Source of the DNA: Candidatus Micrarchaeota archaeon | Lineage (GTDB): Archaea > Micrarchaeota > Micrarchaeia > Anstonellales > Bilamarchaeaceae | Length of the DNA stretch: 35,719 bases | NCBI GenBank assembly: GCA_040754495.1 | Contig: JBFMCO010000040.1 | Span: 1 to 35,719 of the forward strand | Reading direction: 5' to 3' | Part shown: positions 6,090 to 14,563 of the stretch, piece after piece | Layout of the letters: the number at the start of each line of letters is the position of its first letter | Numbering within the stretch: position 1 is the first letter of the stretch | Position numbers and translations under genes: made by a program | The notes under the pieces: model-generated | Told to the model about the DNA's origin: nothing | Databases searched by the model: none | The model's input: the letters and a program-made list of their open reading frames with translations, nothing else

Positions 6090-8897
6090 GTGCAGCCGGT
6101 TTCCGGTTCCCAGCCCCCGGTCTCGGGTTCCGGGTTTTGCGTTCCTGTTCAGCGGCAGCCTCTCTTAAGCCGGGGCTTCCGTGTCCTGCTCCTGCTGCTT
6201 CCTCTCCTATCCCTCTCGCTCGCACAGCAGCTGAACGCGTCCGACCTCCCATCGCCGTTCGTTTCGGACGATTTCATCAAGTCGGCCCAGAACATCCCGG
6301 AAAACGACTACAACCGGCTGAGCGACATCCACCAGATGGTCATGATACTATATGAGCATGACAGCACCCTCTCCGCGCTCGCTCCAGAAACAAAGAGCAG
6401 GCTAATAAAAAACGTCCGCTCCTTCCAGAACCCGAACGGCGGCTTCGGAGACTGGGAGAACGACCGCTCCAAGACCGAATCGACACGCCTCGCCCTCGAG
6501 ACGCTCAAAGCGCTGGGGTCAGGCCCAATGAACAGGAGCGGTGCGGTCCATTTCCTCTCAGACCTGCAGGTAACGAACCTCACCTACGGCAACTATGGCT
6601 TCCGTTCCCACCTGCAGGACCCTGATGCCGACCTGTCTTCGACTTATGATGCCATCGTCAGCTTCGAGCTCCTCGGAGAGCCGGTCCCGAATTCCGTCCA
6701 GGCCGTGGAATACGTCAAGCAGCACCAGAACAAGGACGGCGGGTTCGGCCTCGGTACCAACCGGAAGGCAGGCGTATCATGGCCTTCCGAGATGTCGCTG
6801 ACCTACCGCGGGCTGAGGGCCCTTGATTCGCTGGGCTCGAAGCCGGATTTCGAGGACGAAGCGGTGTCTTACATAAAAGGCCTCCAGACAGCCGATGGCG
6901 GATTCTCGGCGTCAAAAAGCATATCGGCGCGTGCCACTACGGCGGCGACATACAACGCCATAATGGCGCTTGAAGTCCTCGGGGAAGCGCCTGACCGGCC
7001 TGCCGATGCCCGCAGTTTCCTGGAGAACAATGCCGGGGAGGGCGGCGGCTTCCTGGAGAACAGCCTTGACACGGAAGAATCCCTCCATTCGACATACTGG
7101 GCAATCGCGGCCCTCAAGACGCTCGGCGCCGGAATATCCGGATTCGATTCAGACAGCTACGCGCTCGGGTACGATTCATCGCGCAACGACGGCGGATTCG
7201 GCGAGTTCCCGGGCGGGGGCTCCAGCATAAGATACACGTTCGATGCCATATATGCGCTGAACCTCATAGGGGCCGAGCCAATGAACAAGAGCGCGGCAAT
7301 CTCATTCCTCCGCCAGCTGAGGAACAGCGATGGCGGATATGCCGAAGACGGCGGCGTAAGCAACGTGGAATCCACATACCGCGCCGTGTTCGCCCTGCGC
7401 CTTCTTGGCGAGGAGCCGGAAGACAAGAACCGCACCATTGCGTTCCTGAGGGAAAGCCAGGATAAGAGCGGCGGATTCGGATGGTCCAGCGTATCAATCC
7501 CACGCGGCGCCTACACGTACCGCGCGGTGAAAGCGCTGGAGCTTCTCGGCTCTGCCCCCGAGAACGGGGCTAAGGCCGCCGACTACATCCGCTCGCTCCA
7601 GAACCCCGACGGAGGCTTCGGCAACTATCCCGGCGATGTCTCGGACGTGACCTCCACCTACCGCGCCGTTGCGACGCTGGAGAGCCTCGGCGGCGCGCCG
7701 GATGAGCCGGAAAAGGCCGCGGCGTTCATCCTCGCATCGCAGAACCCCGACGGAGGCTTCAGGAGAAGCCCGTACGACACCAAGGCGCCGGACAACTTCT
7801 CCAAAGCCGTATATACGTACGGGGCCGTGAACGCGCTAATCATCCTCGGCCGCGCTCCCCAGCCCCGCGTCTTCAACTTCACGGAGTCGCTCAGGAACCC
7901 GGACCTCGGCTACAGCGAGCAGCCGTTCTACACCTCCACTGTGCCTGATACTTTCACCTCCCTCCAGACGTACATGAGCATCTTCCCAGGCATCGTCAAC
8001 CATGTGCCGGCCCTGAGCGGAATTGTGTCCCCCTCCGCGGGCAATTCATCCACGGTCTTCCAATTCTTCGCTAATTACAGCGATTCCGAAGGGCAGAAGC
8101 CCGAGGCGGTGTATGTCCTGATTGACGGGGAGCAGCGCCTCATGGAGCCGGCTGCGGGCAGCGGGTCGAACGCCTCGGCCAGCATGCGGTACTCTTTCCG
8201 CTCGGCGCTGCCATCAGGCATGCACAATGTCTCCTTCCTGGCCGGGGACACCATCCTCTTCACGAAAACAGGCAACATCCCGGTTGACGTGTCGCCGCTT
8301 GCCTCGGCGCCCGAGCTCGACCTGTCAATCTATCCCGGGAACGGCACGCCGTCCACGGCGTTCGTCTTCACCGCGCTTTACAGGGACGCCGACGGCGAGC
8401 CTCCGGCCTATGTCGAGATAAAGCTCGATGAGTCGGAATGGGCTGCCATGTCCCCGGCGGATTCTTCGGCGGATTACCTCTCAGGCAAGCCCTACAAGTA
8501 CAATGCAAGCCTCCAGCCGGGTATCCACACGTTCAGGGCCCGCACTTCGGACGGGACCAACCTCAGGCTCTCGACCACCCAGCGCGTCACGGTCTTCGAG
8601 GAAAGCCCGGTATCGCCGGATGACGTGGTTTTCCTGAAAATGCAGGCGCTTATTGCCGCAAAGCGCGGCATCAACATATCAAAGGACGACGTCTCGGCAG
8701 ACGTTTTCGAAGGGAAATTCGCATGGAGGGTGTCGCTTCCGGCAGGAGCGCTTTACGTGTCGAAGGACGGCACGGCCCTGCTTGAGCCCGAGCAGGTTTT
8801 CGACATGCGGCCGGTCCTTATCGTCGCAGGCCTGGCAATCCTCGTGGCGTTGGCATATCTCTGGCACAGGGGGAGAACGCGTGGAAAGGGAAGATAA
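6090..8897 (+). CDS. Membrane-anchored surface protein: prenyltransferase/squalene-cyclase (QW-like) alpha/alpha-toroid repeats, two Ig-like repeats, possible PepSY-like segment, C-terminal TM
   Basis: Signal-like RVLLLLLPLLSLSLA; 11 repeats of Q/R-N-x-D-G-G-F/Y...T-Y-x-A-x-x-x-L-x-x-L-G; two Y-x-D-x-x-G...M...Y...L-x-x-G-x-H beta domains; TM VLIVAGLAILVALAYLW plus basic tail; many N-x-S/T sequons. GTG 6090 is the only in-frame start before the signal peptide. Confidence 0.85.
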   Translation: MQPVSGSQPPVSGSGFCVPVQRQPLLSRGFRVLLLLLPLLSLSLAQQLNASDLPSPFVSDDFIKSAQNIPENDYNRLSDIHQMVMILYEHDSTLSALAPETKSRLIKNVRSFQNPNGGFGDWENDRSKTESTRLALETLKALGSGPMNRSGAVHFLSDLQVTNLTYGNYGFRSHLQDPDADLSSTYDAIVSFELLGEPVPNSVQAVEYVKQHQNKDGGFGLGTNRKAGVSWPSEMSLTYRGLRALDSLGSKPDFEDEAVSYIKGLQTADGGFSASKSISARATTAATYNAIMALEVLGEAPDRPADARSFLENNAGEGGGFLENSLDTEESLHSTYWAIAALKTLGAGISGFDSDSYALGYDSSRNDGGFGEFPGGGSSIRYTFDAIYALNLIGAEPMNKSAAISFLRQLRNSDGGYAEDGGVSNVESTYRAVFALRLLGEEPEDKNRTIAFLRESQDKSGGFGWSSVSIPRGAYTYRAVKALELLGSAPENGAKAADYIRSLQNPDGGFGNYPGDVSDVTSTYRAVATLESLGGAPDEPEKAAAFILASQNPDGGFRRSPYDTKAPDNFSKAVYTYGAVNALIILGRAPQPRVFNFTESLRNPDLGYSEQPFYTSTVPDTFTSLQTYMSIFPGIVNHVPALSGIVSPSAGNSSTVFQFFANYSDSEGQKPEAVYVLIDGEQRLMEPAAGSGSNASASMRYSFRSALPSGMHNVSFLAGDTILFTKTGNIPVDVSPLASAPELDLSIYPGNGTPSTAFVFTALYRDADGEPPAYVEIKLDESEWAAMSPADSSADYLSGKPYKYNASLQPGIHTFRARTSDGTNLRLSTTQRVTVFEESPVSPDDVVFLKMQALIAAKRGINISKDDVSADVFEGKFAWRVSLPAGALYVSKDGTALLEPEQVFDMRPVLIVAGLAILVALAYLWHRGRTRGKGR
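6096..6144 (+). repeat. Degenerate 7-nt tandem array
   Basis: CCGGTTT|CCGGTTC|CCAGCCC|CCGGTCT|CGGGTTC|CGGGTTT|TGCGTTC. Confidence 0.8.
6420..7990 (+). repeat. Eleven protein-level prenyltransferase/squalene-cyclase-type repeats
   Basis: QNPNGGFG, YGF, QNKDGGFG, QTADGGFS, GGGFL, NDGGFG, RNSDGGYA, QDKSGGFG, QNPDGGFG, QNPDGGFR, RNPDLGYS; exact 21-nt DNA duplicate cagaaccccgacggaggcttc at 7599-7619 and 7740-7760. Confidence 0.85.
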
Positions 8898-10506
8898 GAT
8901 ACTGGTCGCTCTTTTCCTCGTTTCCTTCCTGGCGCTTGCACTGCTGATAAGGCTGAGCATGCCGAATTTCATGCCAGTAATAGTCGAATCGAGGCTCTTC
9001 TTCCAGCTCCTGCTGGCCGCCAGCGTCATCGCGCTCCTGCGCAACTGCGTCGGCATATCCACGTACGGCGTGTTCGGCCCTGCGATAATCGCTTTCGGCC
9101 TGCTCTCACCGGGGCCGCTCTGGGGCGTGGCGCTCTATGTGAACGTCCTCGTCCTCGCCCTTGCCGTCCGCTTCATAATCGAGCCGCTGCGCATCCCGAA
9201 TGCCTACCGCGTGGCCCTTCTCATCTCGGTATTCGGCATATTCGTTTCGCTGGCTGAAGTGGTGGGGGAGCTCTACCACATGAGCATCCTCCAGGCGTCG
9301 CTGCTTTTCCCGGCCCTCATCACCTCCTGGATGGCAGACCGTTTCGCCAATAACGTCCGGGAGATAGGGTGGCGGGAGCCGGCCATCAAGCTGCTCGCCA
9401 CATTCCTGCTCGTCCTCGTCTCCTGGGCGGTCATCAGCAACATCCCGCTCGTCATCTGGTTCATAGAGAACCCGGAGATGTGGGCCATACTCATCGGATT
9501 CAACATCCTGCTCGCGACCAAATGGCGCTTCAGGCTCCTCGAGTATCTCAGGTTCGACTGGGTCCTCAGGAAGCAGCCGCCCTCCGACGTGCTCTCGATG
9601 AACGTCCGCAACCGCGAATACATAGAGGAGTACAACCCGCGCCATCTCTTCCCGGGGCTTGAGAAGGCCGAGATGAAGAAGGCGATGCACGGCCTCGGCA
9701 TATCCACGCCGGAGACGTACCTGATACTTTCAGAGAAGAGGCAGCTCGGGCGGCTCAGGGAACTGCTCACCGGCAGGGACAAGTTCGTAATCAAGCCCAA
9801 CGTGTCCTACGGCGGCGAGGGCATTATCGTGGTGACCGGAAAGAAAGGCGGGCGCTACGCCTCCGCTTCAGGCAAGACGTACGGCATCCAGGAGCTGACC
9901 GGGCATGCGGCCCAGATAATGGACGGCCAGTATTCCTCCGAGCTGTGGGACAGCGCCATAGTGGAGGCGCTCGTTGTCGCCCATCCGTTCTTCTCCGGGA
10001 TATCCTCTGGCGGCGTCCCGGACATCCGCGTCATCGTGTTCAAGGGATTCCCGCTCATGGCCATGACTCGCCTGCCGACGCGGGAATCCGGCGGGGAGGC
10101 GAACCTCCACAAGGGGGCGGTCGGTGTCGGGCTGGAGCTCCACACGGGAAAGGCCGTGACGGCATTCTCGAACAAGCTCGGGCACATAAAAAAGCATCCT
10201 GATACGGGCGCTCCGCTGGAAGGCGTCGTGATGCCCGGCTGGCGCGGGATACTCGAGCTCGCGGTCAAGGCCCATTACGCGTCCCGGCTGGGATACTCGG
10301 GCGTGGACATCGTTGTCGACAAGGACAAGGGGCCGATGGTGCTGGAAGTGAACAAGCGGCCGGGCCTCGGCATACAGAACGCCAACCTCGAAGGCCTTCT
10401 CAGGCGGCTCCGTTTCGTGGAGGGCAAGCTGGCCGAGGTCGAGCATCTTCCCCTGGAGAAAAAAGTGGACCTGGTGATGGAATGGTCGGAAAAGGGCTGG
10501 AGATAA
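8881..10506 (+). CDS. Fusion of a 7TM_transglut-like membrane domain and an alpha-L-glutamate ligase-related (RimK-like) ATP-grasp domain (541 aa)
   Basis: Start reassigned to GTG 8881 (RBS GGGGGAG, overlapping the upstream stop). 7TM motifs LLRNCVGISTYGVFGPAIIAF and LFPALITSWMADR. ATP-grasp motifs MNVRNREYI..YNPR, FVIKPNVSYGGEGI, GVPDIRVIVF..P.MAM.RLPT..SGGEANLHKGAVGVG, GYSGVDIVVD...GPMVLEVNKRPGLGIQNAN. Confidence 0.9.
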   Translation: MEREDKILVALFLVSFLALALLIRLSMPNFMPVIVESRLFFQLLLAASVIALLRNCVGISTYGVFGPAIIAFGLLSPGPLWGVALYVNVLVLALAVRFIIEPLRIPNAYRVALLISVFGIFVSLAEVVGELYHMSILQASLLFPALITSWMADRFANNVREIGWREPAIKLLATFLLVLVSWAVISNIPLVIWFIENPEMWAILIGFNILLATKWRFRLLEYLRFDWVLRKQPPSDVLSMNVRNREYIEEYNPRHLFPGLEKAEMKKAMHGLGISTPETYLILSEKRQLGRLRELLTGRDKFVIKPNVSYGGEGIIVVTGKKGGRYASASGKTYGIQELTGHAAQIMDGQYSSELWDSAIVEALVVAHPFFSGISSGGVPDIRVIVFKGFPLMAMTRLPTRESGGEANLHKGAVGVGLELHTGKAVTAFSNKLGHIKKHPDTGAPLEGVVMPGWRGILELAVKAHYASRLGYSGVDIVVDKDKGPMVLEVNKRPGLGIQNANLEGLLRRLRFVEGKLAEVEHLPLEKKVDLVMEWSEKGWR

Positions 10507-11564
10507 GGGATTTCAGGCTGTTCCTCGCGATATGCGCGATAGCGGCAGTGTTCGCTGTCGCCTTCTTCCTCCTTTTCGAGACCCCGCCGCATGAGAAATG
10601 GGCAACCACCCATTACAACGTCTCGTATTACGTGGTCGTGGAGAACCACGGCATCGCGCCTGCGACCAACATCCCGCTTACCGTCGCTCTCCTGGACTCC
10701 GAGGAGCCGTACCAGACGCTTATCGGCAGGAGCGTCTACCCTGAGCCGGACCGCGTCTATCGCGATTCCATGGACAACTCCTTCGCCGCTTATGAAATCG
10801 GCTCGATACAGCCGGGCGAGAACTTCACAGTCCGCGTCGATGCCGTGTTCGATTCCGAGAATGCGGACTACAACATCCTGCGCAGCAGCATCGGCAGCCT
10901 CGGCGACGAGGAGAGCAAGTTCACCCTCCCCTCGAAGTACGTGGAATCCAACGACCCTGCCATTAAGGCCAAGGCCGCGTCGCTCGCAGAGAACAGCACG
11001 TACGTCGTCGACACCCTGTGGAGCACGTACTCTTTCATCGTCGATGAAATAGACTATGAGAAGCAGCCTGGGGAATTCGGGGCTGCCTGGGTCCTCGGGA
11101 AGCGCGAGGGGGGAAGCGCGGAGCTAGGCAACCTTTTCGTCGCCCTGGCACGGGCCAATGGAATCCCTGCAAGGCGGCTTTCCGGGTGGGGCGCCCACTT
11201 CGCCACCAACGAGACCCTCGATTCCGTCCAGTTCGCGCACGGCTGGGCCGAGTTCTACCTTCGCGGATATGGCTGGGTCCCTGTGGACCCCACCTTCGGC
11301 AAGACGAACAAATTCGATAATTTCGGCCGGAGCGACGACGACCACATCGTCCTCACCCGCGGCGAGGGCATACATTTCTACACCCGCGGGCCATTCACTT
11401 CCCCGATAGGGGATGCCGAGCTCGACACCACCTATACGGTCCATATCAACTCTAAGGACGTGGAGAACGTCTCTCCGAAGCGGGACCTGCTTGCGGCCCT
11501 TTCATTCGCTGTCCCGGCCCTTTTCCTCGCGTTCCTCGCCTGGAAGTTCTGGAAAGGCGGCTAA
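10482..11564 (+). CDS. Transglutaminase-like protein with N- and C-terminal TM anchors; catalytic Cys position is Ser
   Basis: GGSAELGNLFVALARANGIPARRLSG, HGWAEFYLRGYGWVPVDPT; hydrophobic segments at both ends; GGTGA RBS; 25-nt overlap with the upstream gene. Confidence 0.9.
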   Translation: MVGKGLEIRDFRLFLAICAIAAVFAVAFFLLFETPPHEKWATTHYNVSYYVVVENHGIAPATNIPLTVALLDSEEPYQTLIGRSVYPEPDRVYRDSMDNSFAAYEIGSIQPGENFTVRVDAVFDSENADYNILRSSIGSLGDEESKFTLPSKYVESNDPAIKAKAASLAENSTYVVDTLWSTYSFIVDEIDYEKQPGEFGAAWVLGKREGGSAELGNLFVALARANGIPARRLSGWGAHFATNETLDSVQFAHGWAEFYLRGYGWVPVDPTFGKTNKFDNFGRSDDDHIVLTRGEGIHFYTRGPFTSPIGDAELDTTYTVHINSKDVENVSPKRDLLAALSFAVPALFLAFLAWKFWKGG

Positions 11565-11580
11565 TCCTTTGGCCTGGCGC

Positions 11581-12042
11581 CTAGCCTGACAGCGCCTGCG
11601 TGATGAGCTTCTCGGCCGCGACCCTGTTTATCCTGTACAGCTCGTCGAGGAACCTGACCGCCTCCGACTCGTTGCCCATCGCCATGGCGAAGGCGAACCG
11701 GAGCTTCTCAAGCTCCACATTCCCCTTTTCATCTATGCCGGCAAGGAGGTCGTGCCCTTCGCGGTATCTCCCGAGCCTGAAAAGGGCTGATGCCGCAAGT
11801 ATCCCGCATGATGACTTGTCCTTTTTCCCGGCCATCCGGAACGCCTTCTCCCCCTCTGAAGCGGCCTCCTCGAAGTTTCCGGACCAGAACGCGCTTTTCG
11901 CAAGCAGGTAATGCCCTATCATATGGGCCGGGAATGCGGATGCAAGGGCTCTGGACAGGTCGTACGCCTTCTTGTACTCCCCCTGCCGGAGGTAGACGGC
12001 TATCTGCTTCACGAAGGAGTCCCTCTTCTCGAATATCGCCAC
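11581..12042 (-). CDS. TPR-like repeat protein (about 153 aa)
   Basis: YLRQGEYKKAYDL, HYLLAKSAFWSGNFEEA, LFRLGRYREG and AMGNESEA fit TPR patterns. Start placed at GTG 12042 because the ORF-track start lies in the AT-rich divergent promoter. Confidence 0.75.
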   Translation of the reverse strand: MAIFEKRDSFVKQIAVYLRQGEYKKAYDLSRALASAFPAHMIGHYLLAKSAFWSGNFEEAASEGEKAFRMAGKKDKSSCGILAASALFRLGRYREGHDLLAGIDEKGNVELEKLRFAFAMAMGNESEAVRFLDELYRINRVAAEKLITQALSG

Positions 12043-12091
12043 GTAACGCTTTGGGGGAGCGTTTTTAAAAAGAATGGTAGCTATAATATAC

Positions 12092-12733
12092 ATGAAATCC
12101 TATCAAAGGACACTATTAATCGGCGCCGTCGCCGTCGGCCTCGCGGCCGGGACCGGCGCCCTCTTCAAGTCCTCCTCCCTCCCCCGCGTAGAACCCATCG
12201 CCGCGGAAGTCATGCCGCGTGCGTCCGAAGCCGCTTCGAAGGAGATACTCTCCTGCAAAAGCGTGAAGGAGCTCGGAGAGCGCCTGCCGGCCATATCCCG
12301 GCATCTCAAGGCGATGAGGGAATCCGGGGACGCGCAAGGGCTGAGGAAAACCTACGAGGCGACCAAGGAGCACGTGCTCGCGCTCATGGAAAGGACCAGG
12401 GTGCAGGAGGACTCAGCCTACATAGACGACATCCATCGCCTCGGCGGCCTTTTCATCGCCACCGACTCCCGGGACGAGCGCCTCGCCCTCATATTCCTCG
12501 CGCTCCCGCGCCTGCACGAGCGCGTAATCTTCATCGAGCCGCTTGAGCCGGACGGCAACACCATCGAAAGGGCCATGCTCCATGCCGAAGACTCCTTCTT
12601 CAACTCGCTTGGCGACGGGGGCTTCGGCGAAGCGTCAATTCTCATCAGGAGGCATTGGTACACCCCGGACCAGCTCCCTCCCGACGAACAGGACAAGCGG
12701 CTCTTCTTCGAGGGATTCGCACGCCTCCGCTAG
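12092..12733 (+). CDS. Hypothetical protein with N-terminal TM/signal anchor (213 aa)
   Basis: MKSYQRTLLIGAVAVGLAAGTGALF followed by a helical region; TATA-like TTTTTAAAA and TATAATATA upstream. Confidence 0.65.
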   Translation: MKSYQRTLLIGAVAVGLAAGTGALFKSSSLPRVEPIAAEVMPRASEAASKEILSCKSVKELGERLPAISRHLKAMRESGDAQGLRKTYEATKEHVLALMERTRVQEDSAYIDDIHRLGGLFIATDSRDERLALIFLALPRLHERVIFIEPLEPDGNTIERAMLHAEDSFFNSLGDGGFGEASILIRRHWYTPDQLPPDEQDKRLFFEGFARLR

Positions 12734-14562
12734 GCGCCAAGGACGCCTCTCCTGCGGGCAGCATCGCGCATCGGCCCTTGAGCCAGGAGCACGTCTGAAA
12801 GATGGACCGAGTCCTCGGAACGCGGGTTAATCATGCGATACACCGCCTGGCCCATTATGGCCTGGGCGCCAGTCAGGCTTGCAATGCTCATGCCTATCCC
12901 CTGGAGGGAAAACCTGGATTCCGGGTTGAGGATGAGCGTCGCCGCCATGAGGAACGAGCGCTCCATCTCGTACCTGTTAGGGGCTGAGGCAAGGAAGCCG
13001 TCTATGTCCAGATTGCCGACCCCCATGACGATTGTCTTTCTCGCATTCGAAGCAAGCCCATCCCTCAGCCTCTGCCTGTCTATGCCGAGGGAGTTGTAGA
13101 GCCCTGACAGGGCCGAGTCGGACGAGGCCGTCCCGGAGCCTGCCACCCTGCTCGCCATAAGGATTCCTGAGGCGTAGTTGGCAAGGACGAGCGGCGGCTG
13201 CCGCGCGAACAGCTCGCGGTGCGTTTCGTAGAAGCGCGTGAGGAAATCCCTGGCCCTGCCTGCCATCGCCGGAGTTATGCTGCCTGTGGAATGGGTGAGG
13301 GCATACGGAAGGTAAGCCCACGCACGCGAGGATTCTATCAGCCTCTCTCCCTGCGGAGTCGCGCCCATGAAGTCTATGAGGTCCATTGTCGTATTCAGGA
13401 AAGAGCCCATCGGAAGGGCCGCGGTGGCAGCCCCGCCCGCCTGGATGGAGCGCCCGAGCGCATCAAGGGCCACGGTTCCGTACCTCCTGGCCATTCCCTC
13501 GTCGCCGGCATTGTGGAATGCCACCGCCGCAGTTGCGGAAAGCCTGTACCTGAGGGCCGGGCTCTGGATGCGGCTGAAGTCGAAATTCCGGAAAAGAGCC
13601 CTCTGCTGGTCCTCGGAGATGTGCGTGACGTAGTAAGAGAGGAAAAGCGGCGGGAAGCCGGCAACCTCCGCTGCGCTGGGCGACGGGTTGTCGAATAGCC
13701 TGTCCTGCCTCCGCGCTGTCTCGACGATGGAGGGGTTCAGCGCCATGGGGGCGCCGAGCCTGTATGCGGTAGTGGAGAACATGGTCCTTGAGCGCAGGGT
13801 TACGCCGTCCGGGCCGAGTTCGAATGCGCTCCCCTGGGACGAATCCCTTGCGTTCGTGGAGTCGAAGAACATTGCGCGCCCGGCGACATCCACCCTGAGG
13901 ATTGCATGCCCCGTGTCGTCCCACGTCCCGCCGCCCGTCGTGTAGGAGCCCACGGGCTGGACCCTCGCCGTCACCGTGACGCCGCCCCTGCCTGCCATGT
14001 AATAAACGAGCTGTCCGAGCACTATGCTTCCGGAGAAGCAGTTTATTCCCCTGGCGCTGAGAGCCTCTGACGGGTCAGAGGCGCTGATGTCGTATCCCAG
14101 CCCGAACAGGTTCGCCGGAGGCTCGCCCCTCACCCTGAACCTCTCGCCGACCTGCGCTGTTATCTCCGCGAATCTCTGCGCCCTGGCAGGGCTTCCGAGC
14201 CTCGCGCATTCATCCAGGGCTGCCCCGAGGGCGACGTCCCTTCCGCCCACGGTCACGCGGACGTTCTCCATATTGAGGCCGGTGAAATACCTGCCGCCTT
14301 CCATCTGGTTGTAAAGTGTAGTCGCCCTTGCCGGGTCCCTCTGCTGGTAATAATCGAGGAGCGCGCTCTCGACACGCTGGCGGACTTCGGGCGGCTGGGC
14401 GGTCCTCATGGCCCTTAGGGCGCTGTCCACTATCGCCCTCGTTTCCCTCGCGCCGAGGTCGAGGCCGTAGCGGCTGCTTATGCTTCCAAGCTCGCTCTCG
14501 GCGAGCGTCCTTGTCCTTTCCCTCGCTTCCGGTCCAAGCAATGCCTGCGGTCCGCCTGTCAT
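12730..14562 (-). CDS. Orphan with transglutaminase/papain-like Cys-His-Asp triad, nearly Lys-free (610 aa)
   Basis: GINC175FSGSIVLGQL, GH219AILRVDVAG, FFD234ST; ATG lies 1 nt after the lpdA stop; one Lys by my count. Confidence 0.7.
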   Translation of the reverse strand: MTGGPQALLGPEARERTRTLAESELGSISSRYGLDLGARETRAIVDSALRAMRTAQPPEVRQRVESALLDYYQQRDPARATTLYNQMEGGRYFTGLNMENVRVTVGGRDVALGAALDECARLGSPARAQRFAEITAQVGERFRVRGEPPANLFGLGYDISASDPSEALSARGINCFSGSIVLGQLVYYMAGRGGVTVTARVQPVGSYTTGGGTWDDTGHAILRVDVAGRAMFFDSTNARDSSQGSAFELGPDGVTLRSRTMFSTTAYRLGAPMALNPSIVETARRQDRLFDNPSPSAAEVAGFPPLFLSYYVTHISEDQQRALFRNFDFSRIQSPALRYRLSATAAVAFHNAGDEGMARRYGTVALDALGRSIQAGGAATAALPMGSFLNTTMDLIDFMGATPQGERLIESSRAWAYLPYALTHSTGSITPAMAGRARDFLTRFYETHRELFARQPPLVLANYASGILMASRVAGSGTASSDSALSGLYNSLGIDRQRLRDGLASNARKTIVMGVGNLDIDGFLASAPNRYEMERSFLMAATLILNPESRFSLQGIGMSIASLTGAQAIMGQAVYRMINPRSEDSVHLSDVLLAQGPMRDAARRRGVLGA

Positions 14563-14563
14563 G

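Noticed and set aside
6096-6144. Repeat arrays as CRISPR or IS ends
   Set aside because: Units are 7 nt with no spacers; no cas or transposase genes in the window.
8653-8880. N-terminal 76 aa of the 617-aa track ORF
   Set aside because: Overlaps the upstream gene out of frame and has atypical composition; GTG 8881 with an RBS is the better start.
6090-8897. Annotation as a squalene-hopene cyclase or protein prenyltransferase linked to mvaD
   Set aside because: Extracellular topology, no Zn-ligand Cys and no clear DXDD motif; proximity to mvaD alone is not evidence.
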